DNA from: an uncultured virus (IMG/VR IMGVR_UViG_3300009431_000005)
Taxonomy: Duplodnaviria; Heunggongvirae; Uroviricota; Caudoviricetes
IMG/VR virus record: IMGVR_UViG_3300009431_000005
Direction: 5' to 3' (one strand)
Length of the DNA stretch: 64,000 bases
Shown here: positions 1 through 10,300 of the stretch, piece after piece
Position numbering within the stretch: the stretch's first letter is position 1
How the letters are laid out: each line of letters starts with the position of its first letter
Translations under genes and position numbers: made by a program
Notes under the pieces: model-generated
Told to the model about the DNA's origin: nothing
The model's input: the letters and a program-made list of their open reading frames with translations, nothing else
The model's database searches: none

Positions 1-732
1 GAAGGACTCGCGGAACGGCTCCTTCGACACGAGCCGTGTGAAAGCCATGTCGGCGCGTTCCTCACCGAGCGCGTCGAGAGTCCCGACGGAGGTGATGCGT
101 CCGCACAGTAGCCGGTGCTCGCCAAGCTCGTACACGACGCCGTGCTTGGAGTTCGCGGACGAGCGCAGGAGCGTGGGCACGTAGTCGTCCTCGGAGAGAC
201 CGTGCCGCACCTCGTCGTCGATGCCAGGGCGGCTCTTGATGTCCTTGAGGACCTGACGGATGAGCGTGTCGAAGCGCAGCTTCCCGAGGAGCGCCGTACC
301 CTCCTCGCCCACGAGATCGGCGATGCGCGCGATCACGCTCTGCGTCAGCTCGGGGACGAAGGTGCCCTCGATCGCCGCATTGTTGAGCGTCAGGTTCGCG
401 CGGCGCTCGGTCGACTCGTCGAACTCGACGACGACGCAGTCGACGTGCGTCTCCTCCGCGTCCTGCAGCGCGCGGATGCGCTGGTGTCCCCCGACAAGTC
501 GCTTCGCCCCTCCGGCGACGTTCACCACAGGCGGGGCCAAGAGGCCGAAGGTCTCCAGGCTGGCAAGAAGGCCCTGTAGCGCAACGTCCGTGATGACGCG
601 GGGGTTGTACGGAGCAGCTTCCAGGTCGGCGATCTTGAATCGCCGCGTCTTCACTTGGACATACTTCTGGGTCGCAGCCTTCGCGGGGTTACGCCGCGTC
701 TTCTTCTTGCGACTCGCCTTCTTCTTCGCCAT
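1..732 (-). CDS. ParB-like N-terminal domain plus DNA methylase-like protein (3' end outside window)
   Basis: Not in the ORF track; hand-translated from ATG at 732: MAKKKASRKKK...APYNPRVI...LETFGLLAPPVVN...LVGGHQRIRAL...NLTLNN (ParB/Srx domain), then YELGEHRLLCG...ADMAFT, typical of phage ParB-MTase fusions. Confidence 0.75.
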   Translation of the reverse strand, partial: MAKKKASRKKKTRRNPAKAATQKYVQVKTRRFKIADLEAAPYNPRVITDVALQGLLASLETFGLLAPPVVNVAGGAKRLVGGHQRIRALQDAEETHVDCVVVEFDESTERRANLTLNNAAIEGTFVPELTQSVIARIADLVGEEGTALLGKLRFDTLIRQVLKDIKSRPGIDDEVRHGLSEDDYVPTLLRSSANSKHGVVYELGEHRLLCGRITSVGTLDALGEERADMAFTRLVSKEPFRESF

Positions 733-778
733 CGGTTGCTCTCCTGTGCAGCAGCCGATGGCTGCCGCTGTTCTCAGG

Positions 779-1117
779 TCAATGCACCGCCATTCGCTCC
801 TCGCTCACCTCCGGTTCCCAGCCCTCGGCGACGGCCTTCTTGAAGCACTCCCACCCCCCGAGGAGGAAGTCGCGGCAGGCGTGTGGTCGCCGCTCGTAGA
901 TCGTGCAACGCTTCGTCGTTCGGTCGAGCGCGACGCACACGTCGTCGACGCGCTTCATCCGGCCAACGTAGCAGTCGGCCGGGTCGGGCTCCGCCATCGC
1001 AGACGGGTCGGGCAGGATGCGCAGGTCGTCCTCGGTCAGTGGGACGTCCCACCCCTGACAGCACAACGCGCAGTCTTCGCAGCTCTCCTTCCGATCGTTG
1101 ATCTTGTAGACCGGCAT
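779..1117 (-). CDS. YkgJ-family cysteine cluster protein (CxxCxxCC)
   Basis: CEDCALCC...CVALD...CTIYERRPHACRDF; ATG at 1117 overlaps the upstream stop (TGATG). Confidence 0.8.
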   Translation of the reverse strand: MPVYKINDRKESCEDCALCCQGWDVPLTEDDLRILPDPSAMAEPDPADCYVGRMKRVDDVCVALDRTTKRCTIYERRPHACRDFLLGGWECFKKAVAEGWEPEVSEERMAVH

Positions 1118-2049
1118 CAGGTACCGCCCCCTGCGTGCGCGGGCAGGTCGGAGTCGAAGCGCACGCTGGTGGGCACCACGATCGTCGGGCGCTCGGCCGT
1201 TTCGACCTTCAGCGCGTCGATCTGCGCCTTGAGCCACTTCTGGCCGGTCTTGTTTTTGAGCGGGCGGCGCAGGAGCGCGTCTCCTGCGCGAGCAAGCTCG
1301 GGCGCGACGACCTGCTGCCAGTGCGTCGGATCGAGCGGCTCGTCGTTGTCGATGACGACGGTGTTCGCCTTCCCGAACAGCTTGATGTAGCGGGGGAGGT
1401 TCTTCTTCAAGCCGTGGTGCGCCGTCTGGATGTACGACTTGGGCACCTTGCGTCCGCCCGCCTCCGCGCGTGCGAGGTTGCGATCCAGTGCGGTCTGGAG
1501 CTTGGTGACGACGATCACCGCGTACACGTCGTACCCCAACCCGCGCAGAGACTGAACCGGCGTCGACACCCGTGCGAAGTCCCACCCGGTCATGTCGATG
1601 AGCAGGCCACGTCGACGCTTCGCGTGCCAGTCCCGCTCCTTGCGCGCGAGACCTTGCGCCTTCTTGAAGAGGCCGTAGTCGTCGCCGATTCGTGAGAGAG
1701 GCTTCCCGGCCTCCTTGTAGAACCGCTCCAGGTGCTTGTCCTGGTCGATGTGCTTGAGGCCGCGTCCGCCGAACATCTCGCGTCCGATCGACCCCTTGCC
1801 GGAGCCGCCGGAGCCGAGGACGAAGATGGCCTTGAGTGCGTGCGGGTCGTGCTCGATCGACTCGCCGAAGACGTAGCGCAGACCGATCACGCGGTGGTGC
1901 GTCTCGGGGTTGCCAGTCAGCACCGGGTCGAGCCAGAAGCCCTCGGTGTCGAGCATGTCGTCGTGCCCGCCCTCCTGCGGCCAGTCGAGGCGGCAGAGGT
2001 TGGCGGGCTCCGGCAACGCGGCGAAAGACTCAACTAGACGTGCGGTCAC
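1117..2049 (-). CDS. P-loop kinase, zeta-toxin/AAA_33-like
   Basis: KAIFVLGSGGSGKG Walker A, LLIDMTG, ALDRNLAR...GGRKVP lid motif, VVIDND. Confidence 0.75.
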   Translation of the reverse strand: MTARLVESFAALPEPANLCRLDWPQEGGHDDMLDTEGFWLDPVLTGNPETHHRVIGLRYVFGESIEHDPHALKAIFVLGSGGSGKGSIGREMFGGRGLKHIDQDKHLERFYKEAGKPLSRIGDDYGLFKKAQGLARKERDWHAKRRRGLLIDMTGWDFARVSTPVQSLRGLGYDVYAVIVVTKLQTALDRNLARAEAGGRKVPKSYIQTAHHGLKKNLPRYIKLFGKANTVVIDNDEPLDPTHWQQVVAPELARAGDALLRRPLKNKTGQKWLKAQIDALKVETAERPTIVVPTSVRFDSDLPAHAGGGT

Positions 2050-2300
2050 GGCGAAGCCTCCTCGGGCGGTATCTTCAAGCGGTCGGAGATCGACTGAGCC
2101 AGTCGTGCGAGATGCTCGTTGGAGAAGACGTACCCGTCGTGGTTGCCCTTCTCCAGTTCGTCGACCAACCCCAGCACCGTGCCGGGCTGCAGGTGGTCGC
2201 GGATGATCAGGTACAGGAACGCCGTCGAGAACCGAGTGTCCTCGACCTTTCCTGACACCGTCGCTTCGGTAGCAGCGTCACTTTCGGGGCTCGTTTCCAT
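2046..2300 (-). CDS. hypothetical protein
   Basis: Tightly packed minus-strand ORF. Confidence 0.5.
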   Translation of the reverse strand: METSPESDAATEATVSGKVEDTRFSTAFLYLIIRDHLQPGTVLGLVDELEKGNHDGYVFSNEHLARLAQSISDRLKIPPEEASP

Positions 2301-2790
2301 CGCGCATCTCACTGACCGTCAGCACCTCGACACCATCGAGGAGTTCTTCGGCGTCGGGCTCATCATTGAGCGTTTCCAGTGCGTAGGCAATGACGTGCGC
2401 AGGAAAACCTGCCCGCCGGGCCGCGAGAATCGCAACCTGGAGATCGAAGTCCCGGCCTTGGAACTGCGAACCCTCCGCCACGGCACGCTGCAGGACGGCC
2501 TCGGAGTCGGTTTCGTCCATCGGCGGCGTGCTCAGCGAGGCCGCCGTGCAGCGTTCCACGAGCCGCTCCTGCAGGTCCCATCGTTCGACGGCGGCCTTGA
2601 GCGACTCGCGTACGCTGGCGGGCACCTTCTTGAGCGGGAGGCTCTCGTTGGTCGCAATCCGTAGCGCGAACCACTCGCCGCACTCGTCCCCGTCCTTCGC
2701 GCGGGCGGGGTGCCAGCCGCCGTACTCCCCGAGGACCTCGACGCGCTCCACCGGGATCTGGCGGCGGGAGGTGGGGTCGTAGACCTGCAT
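2278..2790 (-). CDS. hypothetical protein
   Basis: 170 aa ORF translationally coupled to the upstream gene. Confidence 0.6.
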   Translation of the reverse strand: MQVYDPTSRRQIPVERVEVLGEYGGWHPARAKDGDECGEWFALRIATNESLPLKKVPASVRESLKAAVERWDLQERLVERCTAASLSTPPMDETDSEAVLQRAVAEGSQFQGRDFDLQVAILAARRAGFPAHVIAYALETLNDEPDAEELLDGVEVLTVSEMRDGNEPRK

Positions 2791-3215
2791 CAGCGGCCCC
2801 CCGCCTTCAGAGCCCCTGCCACGAGGGCGGACAGCCCCCCGGACGGGACGGTCGCAGGACGCGCTGGGAGCGCCTGTGCGGCCTCCTCCAGCGGAGGGGT
2901 CTGAGAGGGCGCGGGAGCGGGCGCGGGGGCAGGAGAGGGCCGCCTGGGCGGGGTCTCGACCCCCTCAAGCCGGGTGGCGGGGTCCCAAGCGCACTCGGGG
3001 GTCCCATCATCGCCCCCACCGCCCCCAGCGGCGGCCATCTGAGCCCGGATGCTCCCGAGCGTGACGCCCGCCGAGGGAGGCGCAGCCTCCTCGGATTCGT
3101 CGAGAGGTGTAGCCGGAGGTGTCGTCTCGCCCCTGTTGCACAGGGCAGCGAGCCCACCCGCGACACCCTCGCGGGTTCCTTCCACCCGTTCGGGCGGCAG
3201 TATCTGTCCGCTCAT
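2790..3215 (-). CDS. Pro/Ala-rich hypothetical protein
   Basis: ORF with AGGAG upstream, coupled to the next gene. Confidence 0.55.
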   Translation of the reverse strand: MSGQILPPERVEGTREGVAGGLAALCNRGETTPPATPLDESEEAAPPSAGVTLGSIRAQMAAAGGGGGDDGTPECAWDPATRLEGVETPPRRPSPAPAPAPAPSQTPPLEEAAQALPARPATVPSGGLSALVAGALKAGGR

Positions 3216-3231
3216 CGGCTCTCCTGATTTG

Positions 3232-3268
3232 AAAGCCGGGGGCCTACGCGCGTGGCGCAGACCCCCGG
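3232..3268 (-). terminator. putative intrinsic terminator
   Basis: Minus strand CCGGGGGTCTGCGC-loop-GCGTAGGCCCCCGG followed by CTTTC, just after the 3301..4338 gene; U-tract is weak. Confidence 0.45.
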
Positions 3269-3300
3269 TGGCGTCGAAGAAGGCAGGTAGCGGCGCGGGA

Positions 3301-4338
3301 CTAGGACTGCTCGTCGTCGCTGGAGGTCAGGCCACGCGACTCGAAGTTCCGGAGGATGCCTCCGGCGAGCTTGGCCCCCTCCTGCAGCGACGAACGCGGC
3401 TGGAAGGCCCCCTCTTCGGTGGCCTCACCGTCGCCCGTCTCGTCCTTGTTGGCGTCGTCGGTGTCGGTCTCGGGGGCCTTCTCGGAGAGCGCGAGAGCGT
3501 AGCCCTCGACCCCCGTCTTGCCGCCCATGCTCTCCTTGAAGGCGGCCAGCACCTCCTCGGCGTCCTCGCACACGGCGACGGCGAACAGCGCCTCGTCGAC
3601 CGGCACGGCGAGTCCGAAGACGGCGGCCTCCATGATGGCGTCCAGGCTGAGCGGCTCGGTGCTCGCAGCGAGAGCGCCCTTGGCGGCCTTCTTCAGCTTG
3701 GCCTTGTTCTTGCCCTTGTACAGCTCGTACTTCTTCTTCCCGGCCGGGGTGCCGCCCTTCTTGTACCCCTTGTCCTTGACGTAGCCGTCGCCCTTCCTCT
3801 TGATCACGCCCTTGTGGAGCATGGCGATCATCGAGCGCACGGCGCGGTTGCCCATCGCCTTGCCGCGCTTCCAGAGCTTCTTGAAGGTGCCCTTCTTGTA
3901 CGGCGGCTTGAAGGGGTTTTTCTTCTTGGCTTCCTCCAGGTCGAGGCCGAGCGCGTCGAACAGGGCGGCGACGCGGGCCTTCTCCTCCAGGGAGGTGCCT
4001 TCCTCCTCGATGGCCTCCGCCAGCATGTAGGCGTAGACCACGAGGCTGTGGCCGAGGTCGTCCTCGTCGATCAGGCGCGCGAGCAGCGAGCCGGGCAGGA
4101 CGTGGATCGTCTGCTCGTCGCCGATGGGCTCGCCGTCTTCGTCCAGCTCCCGCTCCTTCGTCTCGATGACGAACTCCTGGATGCCGGGCAGTTGCCAGAC
4201 GGGGTCGAAGTCGAGGTGAACGAGCAGGTCGTTGATGGTCTGCGCCTCCAACGTCAGCTCGCCGGTGTCTTCGCTGATGAGCGACACGACACCCGCGTCG
4301 GTCGAGGGTTCGTGCGCTTCTTTCAAGATCACGGGCAT
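3301..4338 (-). CDS. putative prohead core/internal protein: acidic flanks around a central Lys-rich module
   Basis: Very acidic N and C regions flank LDLEEA-KKKNPFKPPYKKG...KKAAKG, closed by IMEA. Confidence 0.65.
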   Translation of the reverse strand: MPVILKEAHEPSTDAGVVSLISEDTGELTLEAQTINDLLVHLDFDPVWQLPGIQEFVIETKERELDEDGEPIGDEQTIHVLPGSLLARLIDEDDLGHSLVVYAYMLAEAIEEEGTSLEEKARVAALFDALGLDLEEAKKKNPFKPPYKKGTFKKLWKRGKAMGNRAVRSMIAMLHKGVIKRKGDGYVKDKGYKKGGTPAGKKKYELYKGKNKAKLKKAAKGALAASTEPLSLDAIMEAAVFGLAVPVDEALFAVAVCEDAEEVLAAFKESMGGKTGVEGYALALSEKAPETDTDDANKDETGDGEATEEGAFQPRSSLQEGAKLAGGILRNFESRGLTSSDDEQS

Positions 4339-4395
4339 CGTTGTGCTCCTTGGTGTTCGAAGTGCGATGGTTCTCGCGGTGGTGAGCGTAGCCTC

Positions 4396-7300
4396 TCAGG
4401 CCACGGCGTCCGCGTCAAGGGCCTCCTGGACGCGACCCGCCTGTTCGGCAGGGAGGATGAGTGCGAAGGCGTCGCCTTCGGGCTGTAGCGGAAGGTCATC
4501 GGAGAGCTGCAGCTCGGCAGCGATCCGGACAAGCCGGTCGAGCTTGTCGCGCGGGACGAGGAGAGTCTCGGAGACGTTGCCGCCCCCGCGCTTCACGTCA
4601 CCGTCGTCTGCGGGGGGCTTCGGGGCGTTCTTCGCGCCGCCGACACCCTTCCCTCGATTCAGCGGGGGACCGCCCCCAGGGCCGCCCGACTGGAAGCCGT
4701 GCGGGTCAGGATCCCCGTGTCCTCGAAAGCCACCGGCCGTCGAGGAGGTGGTCCCCTCGTACACGTAGCCGTCGCCGTCCTTCTGGACGCCGCGCTTCTT
4801 CAGGTACCGGAGGACCGTCTTCATCTCCTTCTCGGAGGGGGGCCGACGGGAGACGATCGGGTCCTCGCTGATCCGGGCCATCAGGTCCGGCAGCGTGACG
4901 CGCCGCCCTCGGTGGTCCGAGAACCAGCGCATCGTCGCGCCCTTGATGGGGAGCAGGTCGGTCACCAGTTCGAGTAGCTCGTCCTCGGCAAGCGCGTCGA
5001 GGAACTCGTCGTCGACGAAGTCCTCGAAGGCCACGACCGCCTCGCCGATCTTCTCCTCGGCCTTCGCAGCGGCCTCCTCGGAGTCGTACTGCTTGGCCTT
5101 GGTGATGTCGGTCGTCCAGCCGTCGCCGGTCCAGTAGCGTTTCCCGTCGTCGTGGACGATGACGAACGTGTCCTCCTCGGACTCGCGCAGCTTGCGGAGG
5201 TTCTTCAACGCGGCCATCACGTCGGCGGGGGCCTCGTCGGGCGTAGCGAAGTCGAGCTTCGACCCGAGGCGCTGCTCAACGCTCTTCACCGCGCGCACGA
5301 GTCCGCGCTCGTCCCCCAGGGAAGAGACGCCGACGATCTTCAGCCCGGTCGGGATGTGCGTCACGACCCACGTCCCCTGCCCCCGGTTGTCCATGTGGAT
5401 GCCGAGGAACTCGCCGAAGGTGCGCCCCTGCACCGTCTTCTTCGCCGCGCTGCCCGGCTTCTTGCCCGGCACCGCGATCTTGAAGCGCAGGCTCTTCGAG
5501 CCCTTCCAGTGGACGTGCTGGTACCCCTCGTCGACGGACTCGCCGTAGTCCTCGAAGGACATGCCGGAGTCGAGCTTGCGTACGATGTTCGACTTGGCGG
5601 TGCCGTCGACGTCACGCGGATCGAGCTGCGCCGCGTCGCTGAGGTTGTACCCGTTGAAGGACGCCTTCCTGGACTTGTTCGTCGAGGCGTCGTAGTCGAT
5701 GCCCTTCGCCGTGCCGTTCCGCTGCTTGGCGGTCACGAAGAGGATGTGATCCCAGTCGCCGGGATCACCGCCCCCGGTCGTGCGCACCCCATAGAAGCGG
5801 CCGACCTTCAGCGACTTCGGAGTGAAGCCCTCGTCGAGTTCGTCCTCCGACTCGCGCAGGCGTCGCAGGGAGGGCTTCTCCGCGTCGAACGCGAAGGCCG
5901 TCGGCTTGCCTCGGGCGGGCGCATACTCGACCACGTTCAACGCGCCGTCGAGCCACGCGGGCTTGTGCTTCCCAACGTAGTGCAGCACGTCCTGAGCGGC
6001 GCGCTTGAGCGGCGTCCGCGTCGAGATCGAGAGCGCACCCGTCGCAGCCTGCCCCTTCGGCCAGACCTGCAGCGTGAGACTCTGCGCCTCGTCGAGATCG
6101 TCCTCGTCCTCGGGGATCACGTTGTTGGGGTGCGGGTGCAGGCCGTACGGGTCGTAGTGCGTCGCCTTCGGACCCATGCGGATGACCGTCTCGGTCGGGC
6201 GCACGCGGGAGGGGACGCCGCCGGGCTTGCCGGTCGTCGCCTTGATGAGCTTCGCCGCGCCCTTGGAGGTCTTCTCGTAGACCGCGTCGCGGTTGGGCTT
6301 GGCATAACGATCGCCGACGGCCAGCTCGCCGAACGTCGTGCGCTGCACTTCGTCGACGGACTCGCGTAGCCGCACCCACTCGTCGCACGTCAGCCCGTCG
6401 GGGTCTTTGATCTTCCGCCCCTTGTACTTCCGGCACGAGGCTCCCCGACCGCCCTTCTCGACGAGCGCGTTACACCCGTTGCAAACGCGGTTGCTCTCCT
6501 GCTCCCGAACGGAGGCGTCTCGAAGCGGAGCGAAAGCGGCCTCGTCCAGCTCCTCCTCGGACTCGCCGAGAGCCTTGACGACGTTGTTCGCAAAGCGCAG
6601 GACGGCCTTCGGGAACGGCTCGCTCGGGGGTTTCTTGGTCGTCTCGTGGTGCCACATCACCTCGCCGTGCTTCAGCGAGCCGTAGTAGCTGACCTTCGCC
6701 TTCTCGTCGTCGACGAAGACCACGCCGTTCGAAGTACGCCGCACGGTGAAGCCGGGGAACTTCCTGATCTTGCTCTGAGTGCGGAAGCCAGCCTCGTCGA
6801 CGGACTCGCTCAGGAGTCCCTTCGCGCGCTTCGACACGGCCAGGGGAATGCCCAGCTCCTTCGGGGGCTTCGGCTTGAAGAACGAAGACGGGTACTGCAC
6901 ACCCGGGATACCCCGGCGCGTCCACGTTCCGTCCTCGTAGTACATGAAGAGGCGACCGCCCCCGGGATCGCTCACCTCGACTCGGCGCAGCTTGCGCGTC
7001 GTGTTCAAGTGGCTCCCCGGAGACAGCGTCCGCAGCTTCCACCCACCCCCGGCCGTAGCGACGGCCTCGCGCAGACGGGAGCCGTTGCAGTCGGGGCACA
7101 GGACGAAGTGCCAGCCGTCGTCGGCGGGGTTCGCCTCTTCGGCCATGTGCCACAGCGTGATGAGACGCGGGTCGTCCTCGTCGGGGCCACTGACTCGCGC
7201 GAGCTTCGGATCGTCGCGCTTGTCGCCCTCGGCCATGTACACCGGGACCCAGCCCGTCCCTTCGCAATGGCCGTCGCACATCGTCTCGGGATCGGGGTGC

Positions 7301-10300
7301 GGGATGCCGAGCGCGGTGTAGCGGTCGCTCACCTCGAACTGCGCCTCTTCGAGAGGCACGCCGCGAGCGTCCGCGTACTGCTGCCAGCGGCTCTCGTGCT
7401 TGCGCCGGACCATGTGCTTCCCGGCCTTGCCGAGCAGCTTCGTGATCGCGTTGCGCGACTTCATCACGAGGGCCTCGAAGCCGAAGTGCCAGCGTCCCTT
7501 GATCTTCTCGGCCTGCCGCATCGTGAGCCACTCGGCCCGGGAGTTCTCCCAGTCGAGCTTCGGCACGAATTCGTCCTCCACGACCCCGAGGAAGTTGTGG
7601 TACACGAAGCCGCCGCCGGGCGAGGTGAAGACGAACGCCTTGTGGATCTTGACCGGGCCTCTGTAGCCCAGCTCCTCGATCAGCTCGCGGCGTGCGGCTT
7701 GCATCGGGTCTTCGCCCTTGTCCATCGCACCGCCGAAGAGGCCCCAGGTGTTCGGCTCGTTCACCGCGCGGGATCGCTTGCCGAGCAGGAAGCGCCCCGT
7801 CTTCGGGCAGATCGGGAGGATGCCCGCACCCGCAGCGCCCCAGAACTTCTCCCCAGAGGGGTTCGTATGCAGCGCGGCCTTGCCGGAGCCGATCTCCTTC
7901 CCAAGCTCCGGGTCCACCTCGCAGAGTCCGAACAGCTCGCAGTACGCGGGGACCTCGTCGTCCGCGATCTCCACGATCACGACCTCGATCTCGTCCTCGT
8001 CGTCGGACGTTGGCAGGCTGCCACTGTCCTCGGCCTCGTACCGCTTCAGTAGCGCCTTGACGCGCTTCCGGTCGTTCGGGTCGATCTTGGCCCACGCCTT
8101 CTCGGCGGCGCTCTCCTTGCCGTCCTTGTGCAGCCGCACGGCGTCCTGCACGGCCCGCTTGAGGCCCACGGCGAGCTTGCCGAGCACGCCTCCCGGGGCC
8201 ACCGAGCCGAGCGCCCCGAGCGCGACGATCACGTCCTCGTCGAGCGCCACCTCGTCGAGCATGTCGGCAGCCGCGTCGATCAGCTCCTCGACGGGCGTGC
8301 GCGTCTCCATCATGTACGCGCGCTTGCGCTCGTCGTACTTGATCTTGCCTGCGTTGGCGAGGCGGGCCAGGGAAGCCATCACGCCCGCGACCGAGCGCAG
8401 GCCGAGACCTCGCTGCACGTCCTTCGGCTTGAGGTAGCGGCCCTTGTTCTGCGTGAGGAAGTCCGCAACGGCGAACAGCGTGTCGCCCTTGAGCGCGGTC
8501 GACGAGGAGCTGCGACGGCCCATGCGCGCGTCGGTCTTGCCGGAGTCGGTGTAGTAGGTGAACTCGACACCGCGACCACCCGTGCCGGACACGATGGAGA
8601 CGGCGCGGTTGCGCGCGTCCCAGCGTGCGACGTACCCGCTCGTCGCCGTGCGGCCGACGGTGCCCTGCGTGCGCAGCCACTTATCGAAGGCGGCTGCGGC
8701 GTCCTTGCGGAAGGGCGCGGGGACTCGGCCCTTGTCGAACGCCGTGTCGAGCGGGGTCTCACGGCCCGCACCCTTCAGGCGCAGCGACGAGTCGCCGGGG
8801 AGCTTCAGCACCTTCGGCGGTTGGTAGCCCTCGACGAGTTTCGCGCGCCACTTCCCGGCCTTCACCTGCTTGATGAACTTGTCCACCGGGCCACGGTTCA
8901 CGTACCCGCTGCGGACCGCGTTCCAGACGACGCCGTCGATCTCCTTGAAGTCGCCCACGGTGCCGGGGATCGTCGGGCGCGCGATGAGCTTGCCCTTCTC
9001 CCACTGCTTGTCCGTAGGGGCGGCCTCTTCGACGGGCTCGCCGATCGACTCGGCCACGCCGTACTGACTGGCGACGCCGATGAACTCGTGCGCGGCGTCC
9101 ACGGTCGAGAAGTCGATGCAAGCGCGATGCGGAGGGAACGCCTCGACGTGCTCCACGCCGTCAGCGTCGCGTGCGAGGTGCAGCACGTCGTCGAGATCGC
9201 TCTCGCAGCGCATCCACACCCTCACGAGCGTCTCCTCGGATTCGTGGACGACGACGCCCCCACTCTTGCCCGTGCTGTAGCGTCCCATGAGTCCATCCTT
9301 GTCCGGCTTCTGGTACTGGAGGCCCAGTACCCCCATCAGCTTCTTCTGCATTGACTTGCTGCGGGGGTCCTTGGCCGGGATGACGCGCGCCGTCCCGTCC
9401 TTGCGAACCTCGACGCCGTACTCACCGACGGCCGCTTTGATCTCGGCGTCGCGCGCCTGGATCCGCTGCACCGCCTTGCTCTTCTCCGGCTCGGTCTCCG
9501 GAGGCGCAGGCGTCGTGGTCGTGACCTCCTTCCCGGCTCCGGTGGGCTTGACGGTCGTAGCCGCCCCCTTCCCGAGCTTCGAGAGGTCCATCGTCTTGAC
9601 GCCCTTCGTGTCCACACCCTTGTCCTTGGGCTTGGCCTTCTTCTTCGAGGGCTTCACGTCGTCGGCGGTCGCCTTGCCCGAGAGCACGTCGCGCAGGAAG
9701 TCGAAGACCTCCACGGAGATGCGCTCGCCCGGCCCGTACATCGCGTAGCCGATGCACTCCGCCCACCACTCCTCGACCTTCGTCGCGCCGTACGTGGTCG
9801 GGGTGGTCTTCGCAGCCTTGGCCGCCTTCTTGTCGGGGGCCACGTTGGCATTGAAGTACGCGGTGACCGCTGCGCGCTGCGCGCCCGACAGGACGGAGTA
9901 CCAGATCGTGTGCCCGTACTCGTGGACCATCGTGTGCGGAGAGCGCGGGGCCTTCCACGCGGCGAACTTGCTCGTAGCGACCGGCGAAGGCACGCGGTTG
10001 AGGTACACGACGGTCGACCCCTTCCACATCCACCCGCTCGGGCCGCTCTTGCTGCCACCTCCCAGGCCGCCCTTCGGAGCGCGGCTCATCACGAGCGCAC
10101 CCTCCAGGCTGGGGAGCTTCAGCGCGTTCATCGCCTTGTCGATCTTCTTCAGGAAGTGGCGCAGATCGAAGTCGTCGATGACCGGGTCCGGGTGCAGCTT
10201 GCCGTCGTCGTAGTCGCTCCTCGGATAGACCCACCCCGGCTTGGCCTTGCCGTTCTTCATCGGCAGGGCGCTGTACGCGGTGAAGCGTCCGATCCGAGGC

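Noticed and set aside
1117..2312. Epsilon-zeta toxin-antitoxin pair
   Set aside because: The upstream 85 aa ORF shows no recognisable antitoxin features; adjacency alone is insufficient
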